From NCBI GenBank assembly GCA_965223845.1, contig CBDCXR010000004.1, positions 2,688,001-2,752,000 on the forward strand: a stretch of DNA of 64,000 nt. Reading direction: 5' to 3'. The translations under genes were made by a program, and so were the position numbers. Below are positions 19,778 to 29,880 of this stretch, in pieces. The notes under the pieces were generated by a model. It made no database searches. It was not told the DNA's origin and saw only the letters and a list, made by a program, of their open reading frames with translations. Origin of the DNA: Planctomycetota bacterium. GTDB taxonomy: Bacteria > Planctomycetota > UBA8108 > SXIK01. Position 1 is the first letter of the stretch. Each line of letters starts with the position of its first letter.

Positions 19778-21055
19778 CTACCGCGGAGTCTCGCTCACGA
19801 CTTCGCCCTCGATCACGACCCCGATGCAGTGCGTCGTGTACTCGAACGGATCGCCGTCGTAGAGCGCGAGGTCGCCGTCCTTCCCGACGGCGAGCGAGCC
19901 GACGCGATCGTCGACACCGAGCATTCTGGCGGCGTCGATCGTGATCGCCGCCAAAGCGCCTTCGAAGCCGAGCCCGTTCGCGGCGGCGATCGCCGCCTCG
20001 AAGAGAACGACGCGCGTCTTCGGGACGTAGCTCTCGTAGCCGCTTTGAAGTGCGACTGCGATCCCGGCCTCACGCAGCTTTGCGGCCGTCTCGAAACTCA
20101 TGTTCTCGAGGTCCCCACGCGGGCGGGCCATCGTCGGGTGGAGGGTGACGGGTACACCGGCGACGCGGAGTTCATCTGCAAGAAGATACGATTCCGCCGC
20201 TCCGTCGAGAATGAGACGGATCTCGAACTCGCGGGCGATGCGGAGCGCGCTCGCGATGTCTTGCGCGCGATGGGCGGTCACGATGAGGGGAATCTCTCGC
20301 CGGAGGACGCGCGCTAGGGCGTCGAGTCCGAGGTCGCGCGGAATGGGCGGAGGCGCGGCTCCGCCCTCGGGCGGCGGCGGAGCGCTTCGTCGACGGTCGT
20401 ACTCGCCCGCCTGAATGAGTCGACTGCGCAAGAGCGCGACCATCTTCGCTCGAGTGCCCGGTGATTCCCGCCCCTGCTTCCGCGCGGAGTTCGAGAGCGT
20501 GGCGACGACCGCCGTCGAGCTCGAGACCACCACCGACTCGACCGGCGCGGTCCGCGTCTTCACCGTCATGGTCTGGCCCGACACGAGCTCGCCGGGGGCG
20601 TGTCCGGTGTGGACGGTCGTCACACCGAAGCTTCGCACCCACGCGACGAGCGGATCGCGCGCGTTGTACGCGTCGATGGCCCGGAGCTCGGGCTGAATCG
20701 GCGACGACGCCTCGAGCTGATCGCGGTCGTGTTCGTAGTTGTAGAGCCCGGAGAGTCCGACGGTCGACCGAGCGTCCACGAGCCCGGGCGTGACGACCGC
20801 GGCCTCGAGCACGCGGTATCCCTCCGGTACGCGAACGTCGGCGGCGCGCCCGACCGCGGCGATCTTACCGTCGCGAACGATGACCATTCCGTCTTCGAGC
20901 GGCGTCCCCGCCATGGTGTACACGGTCCGACCCCGAACGGCGACTTGCCCCGAGAGACTCGGGGTCGAGCCGAGGGCGCCGAGCGTGGCAAGAACCATGA
21001 ACGCGAGACGCCCGGGCGCGGAGCGGGCTCGAATCGACCGTAAGCGCAACCTCAT
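19778..21055 (-). CDS. Amidohydrolase family protein (metal-binding HxH absent)
   Basis: PGLVDARS in place of PGxIDxHxH; GSLAVGKDGDL C-terminal motif; signal peptide; overlaps the upstream paralog by 4 bp. Confidence 0.8.
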   Translation of the reverse strand: MRLRLRSIRARSAPGRLAFMVLATLGALGSTPSLSGQVAVRGRTVYTMAGTPLEDGMVIVRDGKIAAVGRAADVRVPEGYRVLEAAVVTPGLVDARSTVGLSGLYNYEHDRDQLEASSPIQPELRAIDAYNARDPLVAWVRSFGVTTVHTGHAPGELVSGQTMTVKTRTAPVESVVVSSSTAVVATLSNSARKQGRESPGTRAKMVALLRSRLIQAGEYDRRRSAPPPPEGGAAPPPIPRDLGLDALARVLRREIPLIVTAHRAQDIASALRIAREFEIRLILDGAAESYLLADELRVAGVPVTLHPTMARPRGDLENMSFETAAKLREAGIAVALQSGYESYVPKTRVVLFEAAIAAANGLGFEGALAAITIDAARMLGVDDRVGSLAVGKDGDLALYDGDPFEYTTHCIGVVIEGEVVSETPR

Positions 21056-22371
21056 CGTCCTGCCTCCGCGCTCGGTGCGCAGCACGCCGTCCGGCGCCCG
21101 CGCTCGCCGTGATTGGCGCCGTATCCTCCGACGGCGACGAGTCGATCCTTTGGATCCGCGCGATCGAACACCTTGACGCCTTCGACCCACGTCTCCTCGA
21201 TCTTGGTGTAGACACTGAACGGATCGCCGCTGAGAACCACGAAATCGGCGTCCTTTCCCGCGGTGAGGGATCCGGTTCGATCGGCGATGTCGAGGATCTC
21301 CGCGCCCGCGAGGGTGACCGAGCGGAGCGCCGCGGCGCGGGACATCCCTGCGCGCACCGCAAGCGCCGGCATGCGCAAGAAAAGCCGCGAATCCGTGATG
21401 AGATCGTCCGTGTGAAACGCGACGAGAACGCCGGCCTTTTCCAGCGCGGCCCCCGTTTCGAACACGAGGTCGACGGCCTCCCGCTTCCCGCCGGGACTGT
21501 CGACGAGGATGAGCGAGCAGGGAGCCTTCGCCGCGGCGATCTCCTCGGCGACCTTCCAGCCTTCGCTCACGTGATGGAGAACGACGCGGAAGTTGAACTC
21601 ACGTGCGAGCCGGAGCACCGTGAGGATGTCGTCGTGACGATGCGTGTGGTGGTGCACGACGCGCCGGCCGGCGAGCACCTCTCCGAGAACCTCGAGGCCG
21701 AGATCGCGCGGCGGCAGCTTCGCCGGATCATCGCCGGCGGCGATCACCTTCGCGCGGTAATCCTGCGCCGCCGTGTACGCCTGGCGAACCAGCGCAGCTG
21801 ACTTCGCCCGCGTACCGGGGAAGGGCGGACCGCCCATCGAGTTGGTCCCGTTCGCCATCTTGAGACCGCCTAACGGTCGGCCGGCCGGACCGCGCAGCAT
21901 GAGGCCTTCGATCGTGCGCGAACCGCGCAGCTTGACGTAGATCGTCTGTCCGCTGATGAGGTGGCCCGAGCCCGGCATGATGTTGAGGGTCGTCAGTCCG
22001 CCGGCGACCGCTCGGCGGAATCCCGGCGCGGCGGGATCGATCGAGTCGTAGACGCGCGTTTCGGGCTGGATCGGGTTCGAGCCATCGCCACCTCCCGGTC
22101 CCCCGATGTGACTGTGGGTGCAGATGAGACCCGGGATCAGGGTCTTTCCGCTGACATCTCGCGTCTGCGCGTCGTCGGGGATCAGGACGTCGGCCGCGCT
22201 CCCGACCGCAGCGATGCGACCACTCTGAATCACGAGGGTGCCGTTCTCGATCGGATCGGCGTCGGCGGGCAAGATGCGCGCGCCGACGAACGCGACCGGA
22301 AGATCCTGCGCGACCGCAGCGGCGTGAATGAGGAGGGAGGTCGCGGCGATCAATGTTCGTCGCTGGAGCAT
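21052..22371 (-). CDS. Exported amidohydrolase family protein
   Basis: Signal peptide, PGLICTHSH, LKMANGTN, HTHRHDD, HTDD, GSLTAGKDAD. Confidence 0.85.
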   Translation of the reverse strand: MLQRRTLIAATSLLIHAAAVAQDLPVAFVGARILPADADPIENGTLVIQSGRIAAVGSAADVLIPDDAQTRDVSGKTLIPGLICTHSHIGGPGGGDGSNPIQPETRVYDSIDPAAPGFRRAVAGGLTTLNIMPGSGHLISGQTIYVKLRGSRTIEGLMLRGPAGRPLGGLKMANGTNSMGGPPFPGTRAKSAALVRQAYTAAQDYRAKVIAAGDDPAKLPPRDLGLEVLGEVLAGRRVVHHHTHRHDDILTVLRLAREFNFRVVLHHVSEGWKVAEEIAAAKAPCSLILVDSPGGKREAVDLVFETGAALEKAGVLVAFHTDDLITDSRLFLRMPALAVRAGMSRAAALRSVTLAGAEILDIADRTGSLTAGKDADFVVLSGDPFSVYTKIEETWVEGVKVFDRADPKDRLVAVGGYGANHGERGRRTACCAPSAEAGR

Positions 22372-22512
22372 GGCGTTCTCTCTCGTTAGCGTCTCGGGCG
22401 CAGGCCGTTCGGAGGATCCGTGCGCCGGAGCCGATTCTACCGTGTAAACTCCAGCCGGCGAGTCGAAGGCGCCCCTACAACGAACGAACGTCCCGCGGAC
22501 GAGACGGCGTGC

Positions 22513-23541
22513 TCAGTCGGCGACCCAAGGCCGAATCGCGTACTTGATGCCGCGGCCGTTCGCCATCGCGTCGAGAGCGTCCTCGAGTCCTTCGAGCGAG
22601 CGCTCGCCGCTCACGAGACTGTGGAGGTCGAGCTCGTGCCGCGCGATCCACTCTGCGGCGCGGCGCACGTCGCGCGGTCCGAAGTGAAAGCAGCCGTGGA
22701 TACTGATTTCTTCGTAGTGGAGCCGGTACGTGTCGACGGGGATGGTCGTTCCTTTCGAAAGGCCACCGAAGAGGAGAACTTGTCCACCCGGAGCGACTGT
22801 GCGGAGCGCGGTCTCCCAGCCCTCCATGCGTCCGGTGCACTCGATGACGCAATCGAAGGGGCCGGCCGACGCGAGGTGCGCGCCGGGATCACCGCGGCCG
22901 AGATCGATGACGCCGTCCAGGCCGTATCGGTTCGCGACCGCCAGTCGCTCGTCTCGTCGTCCCGCACCGACGACTGCGCCGGTCGTGGAGCGCCGGAGGA
23001 GCTGACAGAAGAGTAACCCCATCGACCCGAGACCGAGCACGAGTGCGCGACGAACGTCGCGGAGGTCGAGTTGGTCGAGTGCGTGAACGACGCAGCTTAC
23101 CGGTTCGAGGAACGCTCCGGTGAGCGCGTCGACGTCGGGCGGTCGCGCGAGGAGGTTTTTCTCCACGACGCGCGGCGGGAGGCGAAGGTACTGCGCGAAT
23201 GCGGCGAAGAAGATCTCACTCTTGAGTTCTTCGCACATACTCTCGCGCCCGCGCGCGCAGAGCTCGCACGCACCGCAGGGTGCACTGAGCACCCCCCAGA
23301 TCTCGTCGCCCGCCGCAAACCCGTCGACATCTGCGCCTACAGCGGCGATCGATCCGGAGAATTGATGGCCGAACGGACCCGGCATCGGAATGAACGGATG
23401 ACCGCGGCGATACGCCTTGAGGTCGGTCCCGCAAGTGAGTGCGCGCTCGACGCGAACGACGACTTCGCCCCGATCCGGTTCCGGATCCGGGACCTCGCGC
23501 ACTTCGATCGTACCTGGCTCGACTAGGCAGGCAGTCAGCAT
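22513..23541 (-). CDS. Zinc-dependent alcohol (polyol) dehydrogenase
   Basis: LTCGTD, GHQ (variant of GHE), CGACELC..C, GLGSMG. Confidence 0.85.
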   Translation of the reverse strand: MLTACLVEPGTIEVREVPDPEPDRGEVVVRVERALTCGTDLKAYRRGHPFIPMPGPFGHQFSGSIAAVGADVDGFAAGDEIWGVLSAPCGACELCARGRESMCEELKSEIFFAAFAQYLRLPPRVVEKNLLARPPDVDALTGAFLEPVSCVVHALDQLDLRDVRRALVLGLGSMGLLFCQLLRRSTTGAVVGAGRRDERLAVANRYGLDGVIDLGRGDPGAHLASAGPFDCVIECTGRMEGWETALRTVAPGGQVLLFGGLSKGTTIPVDTYRLHYEEISIHGCFHFGPRDVRRAAEWIARHELDLHSLVSGERSLEGLEDALDAMANGRGIKYAIRPWVAD

Positions 23542-23574
23542 GGGGCGCCATTCTGCCGCGGCCACCGACCGCGG

Positions 23575-25068
23575 TCAAAGGCGAGCCGACGACTCGGACG
23601 GCTGCGCCGCATCCGGTGCGCGGAGCATCGATCCACCGAGGGCGATCGCGAGGTTGACGCAGAGCCCGTAGAGCCCGGCGTGAATGTCGTAGACCCGTCC
23701 GTAGCCAGCCGACGCGAGCGACACGCTGACGACGATCCCCGCGACGAGCCCGCACAACGTCGGCCCGGCCGCGAGTTGCCGCCAGCGCAAGCCGAGGAAG
23801 AATCCGGGCGAGAGCTGGACGAGCAGATCGAATTTGCGATCGAGCAGCTTCATGAGTGTCGTCGCATCGCGCAGCGCCAGCGCGAGGACGACGAGGATGA
23901 CGATCAATACCCAAGAGCTGATCTTTCCGACTCGTGCGAGCTCCTGCTCGCTCGCCGATGGCTTCACGTACGGTTTGTAGAGATCCTGCGCGAGCATCGA
24001 GGAGATCGAGAGGAGTGCGGAGTCGGCCGTCGACATCAGCGCGGCCAGAAGCGCGGCGAAGAGGACGACGACGAGCCAATAGCCGAGCGCCGACTCCGCC
24101 TGGATCTCGCGCAAGAGGACGCCGAAGACGGAATCACTCGCTCCGTCGACGGGCGGGAGATGCGCGAGCGCCGTGAGGCCGACGAACACCGCCACGAGGG
24201 TCGTCGTCAGCGGCAGAAACGCCATGACCATGAGACTCCGCCGCAAAGTCGCCGCCGACCTCGCCGAGTAGATGCGCTGGATCGCCTGTGGGTAAAGAGC
24301 GCCGCCGATACCGACGAGAATGATGTAGCTTCCCCACTCCCGGCACCGCGCCGCCGACGGGGCGATCGCCTTCTCGCGGAGGTCGCCGGAGAGGAGACGC
24401 TCGGTCGTTCCGGCGAGCGTCCCGTACTTATCGAGGACGAGAACGACGAGCACTCCGAACCCGACGAACAGCATCGACCCCTGAAGGACGTCGGTCCAAG
24501 CGACCGCTCGGAGACCTCCGAGCGATTCGTAGACGACCATGATCAGCGCGAGCCCGACCACACCGACGTAGTACGCCGTCGCCGGATTCTCGGCAGACAG
24601 CCCTTCGAGCGCGTGCCCCATCGCCTTCAGTTGCCCGAGTGCGTAGTTCCCGAGGGCTACGATCATCGCGAGCGTAGCCACGGCCGAAAGCGCGGGCGAG
24701 CCGAACCGATCGCGGAGATAGTCGCTGGGCGTGATGTACCGTCGTGCGCGAGCACGCGCGTAGAGCGCCGGCGCGTAGAGTAAGTAGCAGACGACGATCG
24801 CCGTCATGAAGTGACAGCTCATCACCCACGAGTAACCGACGTCGTAGGCCTTGCCGGTGTAACCGAGGAGGGTATTCCCGCTGTACTGCGTCGCGTAGAG
24901 CGTGAGGAGGAGTACGACGAAACCGACGCCGCGGCCCGCGAGGTAGAAGTCCTGGAGCGATGACTCTCGCCGGGCGCGGTACCCCCACCATCCGATCACG
25001 AGGAGGAACGCGATGTAGATCGCGATGAAAATCCACGCGCCGATCCCGAACGGGAGGAGTCCGCTCAC
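23575..25068 (-). CDS. Sodium:solute symporter (SSS/PanF-like)
   Basis: DFYLAGR, ATQYSG, GGLRAVAWTD, AALMSTADS; many TM helices. Confidence 0.92.
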   Translation of the reverse strand: MSGLLPFGIGAWIFIAIYIAFLLVIGWWGYRARRESSLQDFYLAGRGVGFVVLLLTLYATQYSGNTLLGYTGKAYDVGYSWVMSCHFMTAIVVCYLLYAPALYARARARRYITPSDYLRDRFGSPALSAVATLAMIVALGNYALGQLKAMGHALEGLSAENPATAYYVGVVGLALIMVVYESLGGLRAVAWTDVLQGSMLFVGFGVLVVLVLDKYGTLAGTTERLLSGDLREKAIAPSAARCREWGSYIILVGIGGALYPQAIQRIYSARSAATLRRSLMVMAFLPLTTTLVAVFVGLTALAHLPPVDGASDSVFGVLLREIQAESALGYWLVVVLFAALLAALMSTADSALLSISSMLAQDLYKPYVKPSASEQELARVGKISSWVLIVILVVLALALRDATTLMKLLDRKFDLLVQLSPGFFLGLRWRQLAAGPTLCGLVAGIVVSVSLASAGYGRVYDIHAGLYGLCVNLAIALGGSMLRAPDAAQPSESSARL

Positions 25069-25319
25069 GGCTCCTCCCGCGGTGCGGACGCGTGCTCATC
25101 CGTTCGCTCCGTCGGCCAAGGGCGTCGGAGCTGGACCGCCGTGTAGATCGACACCGCCGTGGAAACGGCAATCGCGACGAACACCCAATCGGGAACGCCG
25201 GCCCAAATCGCCGGTTCACCGCGACTCCAGTACCACGGAATCGCGCCGACGAGGAGGGCGAGGTAGACCCAAGGCTGCAGGCGCCGAGCGCTCCGCTCGC
25301 GTTCCTCTGTCGACGCCAC
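25065..25319 (-). CDS. Small two-TM membrane protein accompanying the SSS transporter
   Basis: Two TM helices with IPWYW...GVPDW; 4-bp overlap with the SSS gene, a typical DUF3311/DUF997-like arrangement. Confidence 0.7.
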   Translation of the reverse strand: MASTEERERSARRLQPWVYLALLVGAIPWYWSRGEPAIWAGVPDWVFVAIAVSTAVSIYTAVQLRRPWPTERTDEHASAPREEP

Positions 25320-25359
25320 ACTCTCTCTCCTCTTCGAGGCAGACTGCCGCTTTCCGGAG

Positions 25360-26727
25360 TCAGTCTGCGGCGAGCGTCAAGTCCGGAAACGTGTAGGGCG
25401 CTCGCGGCGTCCGGCGACGAAGAGCGTTCGCTTCGTCGTCCCCTCGAAATCGCTCGGTGTCGGCGTCGAGCGCGAGCTTCCTTCCACCGAGTCGGTAGGA
25501 GATGTTTCCCATGTGGACGAGAACCGCGCTGAGATGCCCTTCCTCGATGTCCGCGTTCGGGAGCTTTCGCGTCCGCATCGCGTCGATGAAGTTCTGCTGG
25601 TGCGGAGCGTCGGGGAACCTTCCGTGAGATTCGGCTTCCACCGCTCCGTCGCTCGTGAAGACCTGCCAGCCGCCACCGTGACGACCGACGATCATCTGCC
25701 GCTTCGTGCCGTAGAGCTCGATCCGCGTCGCGTTCTGAAGCCAGTGCGGAAAGCTGTCACCCGTCCGATGCTGCCAGTTCGTCTTCTGCATGTACGGCGT
25801 GTACTGCGTCAACTCGAACGTCATGATCATGTTGTCGAAATCGAACGTAGCGACTTGAGTGTCGGGCACGGTTCGATCGTCGTCGAAGGCGAAGTTACCG
25901 CCGGTCGAGTGCGCAGCGGACGGCAGCCGGACGCCGGTGAGCCAGCGCGCGACATCGAGTTGGTGGATGCTGTCGTTCCCGAGATCTCCCCCGCAGTAGG
26001 CGTAGTGGTAGTACCAGCCGCCGTGGAAATGGCCCGCGTTGAACGGACGCGACGGCGCCGGGCCGAGCCACGCGTCATAGTCGACTCCTCGCGGCGCAGG
26101 ACCGTCGGCGGGGACGCGGACGGGTGAGCCGGGCTTCAGATTGTAGACCTTCGCGAGATGGATCTCGCCGAGGACGCCCGTACGGATCAGCTCGAGAGCC
26201 TCGTGGAGATACGGTGCGCTCCGGTTTTGGGTGCCCACCTGGACGATCCGGCTGTAGCGCCGCGCGGCGCGCACCATCTGCCGCCCTTCCCAGATCGAGT
26301 AGGACGCCGGCTTCTCGACGTAGACGTCTTTACGGGCCGCGCAAGCCAGCACCGAGGCGAGTGCGTGCCAGTGGTCGGGGGTGGCGACGATGACTCCGTC
26401 GATCGATCGATCGTCGAGGACGCGTCGCAGATCGGTCGACTCCGTCGGTCGCACCCGCGCACTCGAACCGATCGCGTCGGCGAGCTTTCGCGCTCGCCCG
26501 GCGTCGCAATCGGACACCGCGACGATCTCGGTATCCGCGCGCGCCGAGAAATCGCGCGTGAGACGCGAACCACGGCCTCCCGCGCCGATCGTCGCCAAGC
26601 GGATGCGATCGTTCGCCGAAGCGGCGCGAACGGGGCGTCGCGCCGCTCCGAGCGCAGCGCCGACCGCAATGCCGGCGGTTCGGATGGAGCTGGAACCGAT
26701 GAACTGACGACGACTGAGCTCTCTCAT
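25360..26727 (-). CDS. Tat-exported Gfo/Idh/MocA oxidoreductase
   Basis: SRRQFI Tat motif, IGAGGRG, ATPDHWH, VYVEKP, QVGTQNRS, WLGPAP. Confidence 0.92.
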   Translation of the reverse strand: MRELSRRQFIGSSSIRTAGIAVGAALGAARRPVRAASANDRIRLATIGAGGRGSRLTRDFSARADTEIVAVSDCDAGRARKLADAIGSSARVRPTESTDLRRVLDDRSIDGVIVATPDHWHALASVLACAARKDVYVEKPASYSIWEGRQMVRAARRYSRIVQVGTQNRSAPYLHEALELIRTGVLGEIHLAKVYNLKPGSPVRVPADGPAPRGVDYDAWLGPAPSRPFNAGHFHGGWYYHYAYCGGDLGNDSIHQLDVARWLTGVRLPSAAHSTGGNFAFDDDRTVPDTQVATFDFDNMIMTFELTQYTPYMQKTNWQHRTGDSFPHWLQNATRIELYGTKRQMIVGRHGGGWQVFTSDGAVEAESHGRFPDAPHQQNFIDAMRTRKLPNADIEEGHLSAVLVHMGNISYRLGGRKLALDADTERFRGDDEANALRRRTPRAPYTFPDLTLAAD

Positions 26728-26889
26728 GGAAGCTCCCCGCGCTGGATACACCGATCGAAGCTAACCGGTGCCATCATCCATACGCGAGAGCGGCGGGCGA
26801 GCGCAAGGCGCGTCTCTCCATTCGCGACCGCCGCGCTGAAGGATCGTGCGGCGGTTTCCGCCGCGCGGACTGATCCCAAGCGAGTTCGC

Positions 26890-28071
26890 TCAGGTCGTCA
26901 GACACTCGAGAGCGTCGTTCACGGTCGCCGACCCCTCGTCCATGATGCGCGCGCAATCGAGAAGGAGTCGAGTCGTGCTGACATGGACGTTTCGTCGAGT
27001 TTCACTCGACTTCGCGACCAATCGAAACGTCTTCGGCGTCGATTGGAGCACGCGATAGAACGCTTCGACGCCTTCGAACTCTTCGAGGTGAACAGCCACG
27101 ATCTGCCCGTGGACGAAGCAGATGCGCGCTTCAAGCTCCGGCAGAACGATCTCGCAGGTCTTCTGACGAAGGTTGATCGCCTGTACGATCGCCGGCAGGT
27201 CGAGCACTTCGAGCCGTCCCGAGAGATCCGAGCTCGATTCGGACGTCGTCTCCCCTTTCATGCGCATGTCGCGCGCCTTTCCGGCGAGGAATCGAGAGAG
27301 AGTCACGCTGATCTGCGGGAACTTGACGAGCATGCCTTCGAAAGCCGCTTTGGGGACTCGACCTACCGACGACGCGACGGCACACGAAAACGCGCTGCGC
27401 ACGGGATCACCGGCCATCAACTCCGTCACTGCGAAGCATTCGCCCGGACCGTAATCGCGCACAACCTTCGCACTGCAACCGATCGCGCTCTGCTCTTCGG
27501 TGACTCGTCCGCTGACGACGAAGTAAAAATACTCCGCGACGTCCCCCTGACTGAGGATGCAATGCTCCTCGGCGAGATCGACGACCACGCTCATGTCGAG
27601 AAGTCGACGACGCATCTCCGCCGGCAGTCCGTCGAGAAACGACTGCGAGTCGAGTTCGTTTTCCGCCGTGGAATCGGCGGGCGGGGGGACGGCGACCGCC
27701 TGATCCGGCGCGAGTGAAACGAGCGCGTGAAGGAAGAGGTCCTCGGTGAAGGGCTTCAAGAGATAGCCGTCCACTCCGGCCTTCCACGCCTCACGCATTC
27801 GGCGCTCGTCCGAGCAGCTCGTCACCATCAGAATCGGAATCCCACTCAGATTCTCCGTGCTCTTCAGGTGCTGGACGAGAGTGAGCCCGTCCATGTTCGG
27901 CATCATCCAGTCGACGAGGATCAGATCGACATCGAAACCGTTCTCGTCGAGTGCGAGGATCGCCTTCACTCCGTCCTCCGCTTCGATGACATCGACGTCA
28001 CCGAGGCAAGAGAGCACTTCGCGATGGAGTCGTCGCATCGCACGCGAGTCATCTACGATCAGGACTTTCAT
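26890..28071 (-). CDS. Response regulator with REC, cyclic-nucleotide-binding and DUF4388 domains
   Basis: VLIVDDS..LVDWMMPNMDG..KPFT (REC); YFVVSGRV..GECF..PVRSA (cNMP-like); LSGRLEVLDLPAIVQ..LLLDCARIMDEG (DUF4388). Confidence 0.8.
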   Translation of the reverse strand: MKVLIVDDSRAMRRLHREVLSCLGDVDVIEAEDGVKAILALDENGFDVDLILVDWMMPNMDGLTLVQHLKSTENLSGIPILMVTSCSDERRMREAWKAGVDGYLLKPFTEDLFLHALVSLAPDQAVAVPPPADSTAENELDSQSFLDGLPAEMRRRLLDMSVVVDLAEEHCILSQGDVAEYFYFVVSGRVTEEQSAIGCSAKVVRDYGPGECFAVTELMAGDPVRSAFSCAVASSVGRVPKAAFEGMLVKFPQISVTLSRFLAGKARDMRMKGETTSESSSDLSGRLEVLDLPAIVQAINLRQKTCEIVLPELEARICFVHGQIVAVHLEEFEGVEAFYRVLQSTPKTFRLVAKSSETRRNVHVSTTRLLLDCARIMDEGSATVNDALECLTT

Positions 28072-28123
28072 CGTGTCATCCCCGTGATCCGTTCTCCGAC
28101 GCCACGTCTCGTCCCGCCGGCCG

Positions 28124-29845
28124 CTACCTCGGCGCCAGGCCGAGGATCGGGATCTTTTCGTCGCGCTCGTCCCCGACGACGAGCCCCGTGGTCTCGCAGC
28201 CGCCGGAGCCCGCGGTAGCCGGGCGGACGATGACGTCGCGCGTCGCGACCCACTCGTCTACGAGGAGAGCGACCGCCTCGGTACCACTCGCGCTGAAGAC
28301 GACCTCGCGCTCGCGCTTCGCGTCGCCGATCGTCAGATCGAACAGGCGGGTCTCGCGCCCCTCGTAGGTGCACGTACGCTCCGACCCTTGCCCCGCGATG
28401 GGGCACGAAGACTCCGGGAGGTGCCCGAGCACGCAATGGCGCGGGATCCCGGCGGTCCGCTGACCGGCTCGAACCTCGACGACCGTGAGCTGACACAAAT
28501 CGTTCGGCAGCGAGAGCGTCACGCTCGCGTTTTCCGTGTCGACCTCGATCGATCCGCCGAAATCCTGGAGACGTCGGCGAATCGGGAAGAGCCGCAGATT
28601 CGACGCCGGGCCGCGCGGCAGTCGGACGCCCCGGATGTGGACCGAGTGGCGCTGGGAGTCTCGGTCGATCCCGAGCCTGAGCTCGACATCGATTCCGAGC
28701 TCACGAGCGGTGAGAGAAACCGCCGCGAGTGCGGTCTCGCAAATCCGCCGCACGAGCTCGGCGACGAGAGGATCGACCGTTCCGGTGTCACCTTCGATCG
28801 CGATGGCCTTCCCGCTCTCGCTTCGAAGTGACGAGAGGATCTCGCGGAGGCGGACTCCACGGGCGTCGGCGACGCGACGGTGCATCTGCTCAAGCGCCTC
28901 GACGAGCCGTTCGGCGACCCGATCTTTTTCAGTGGCGTCGGACGCCCGCCCGATCGTCCGCGCGAGGTCGAGAGAGGCCGCGAGCGGTGCCGCGAGTGCA
29001 TCGAGCTGAGCACGCGCGTCGGAGTCGAAGTCGGACGGGAGACTCGGTGGGAGCGCGGCAGCGTCGGTCCTTGTCTCCTCGTCGCTGGCGAGTCGGGGCC
29101 GCGAGGTCTGCGGCGTCGAACGCTCCGCGAGATCGGCGCTCGCGGGCGCCGACGAAGTCGCCGGTGTCTTCGTTCGAGGTGCGCTCCCGGCCCGAGCCGT
29201 CGAGTTACGCGCTGCGGCCGGCGCCGGAGCAGCCCGCGGTGCGCGCTCGGTCGGCGCGCTCTTTTCCTGCGACGGCGCCCGAGCGGGCGGGCGCTCGCTC
29301 GAGCCCTCGCCGTCGTTCGGGCTCGACATCGCTCCGAGCTTCATCGACGCGAGTCGACTGAGCTCAGAGATATCCGGGTGCACTTTCGGAGCGCGCGCGA
29401 GGATCTTGCGGAGATCGACGTGCGGATCGCTCGCCGGAGCTTCCTTTCGCGCGGGCGCGGCACCGGTCTCGAGCGACTCGCCAACCGCGCGCTGAAGCCC
29501 GTCAAAGTAGCCGTCCGGCCGCTCCTTGCCGTCGCGGGCAAATCCGACGTAGCGCCGCGTGCGGGTGATGAATTCCATCAACAGCGCGACTTCCCACGGA
29601 TCGTTGGCGTCGGAAGCGTCCGCGCGCCGGCGCACCAGCTCGAGGAGATCGCTCGCCACTCCCGCGAGGTCGTGGAACTCGAAGGCCGAAGCGTTCCCCT
29701 TGATCGTGTGGAGTCCGAGCTCGAGTCGGGGACGCAGCTCGCGCGCGTCGCCACCGGCCCGAATCTCTGTACAGCCCCGACCGAGGTCCGTGAGGATGTC
29801 CTGAGTTTCTTCGAGGAACTCGTCGACCGAAACCCCGAGTACCAT
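28124..29845 (-). CDS. CheA-like protein: Hpt domain, low-complexity linker, degenerate kinase core and CheW-like domain
   Basis: EFLEE..LHTIKGNA (Hpt His); GGSIEV..VTLSLP remnant; C-terminal ALLVDEWV..VIVRP..GLVVGD. No recognisable N or G boxes. Confidence 0.7.
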   Translation of the reverse strand: MVLGVSVDEFLEETQDILTDLGRGCTEIRAGGDARELRPRLELGLHTIKGNASAFEFHDLAGVASDLLELVRRRADASDANDPWEVALLMEFITRTRRYVGFARDGKERPDGYFDGLQRAVGESLETGAAPARKEAPASDPHVDLRKILARAPKVHPDISELSRLASMKLGAMSSPNDGEGSSERPPARAPSQEKSAPTERAPRAAPAPAAARNSTARAGSAPRTKTPATSSAPASADLAERSTPQTSRPRLASDEETRTDAAALPPSLPSDFDSDARAQLDALAAPLAASLDLARTIGRASDATEKDRVAERLVEALEQMHRRVADARGVRLREILSSLRSESGKAIAIEGDTGTVDPLVAELVRRICETALAAVSLTARELGIDVELRLGIDRDSQRHSVHIRGVRLPRGPASNLRLFPIRRRLQDFGGSIEVDTENASVTLSLPNDLCQLTVVEVRAGQRTAGIPRHCVLGHLPESSCPIAGQGSERTCTYEGRETRLFDLTIGDAKREREVVFSASGTEAVALLVDEWVATRDVIVRPATAGSGGCETTGLVVGDERDEKIPILGLAPR

Positions 29846-29880
29846 GCTCTCTTCTCCTCAGAGCGTCGTTTCCTCGCCGC

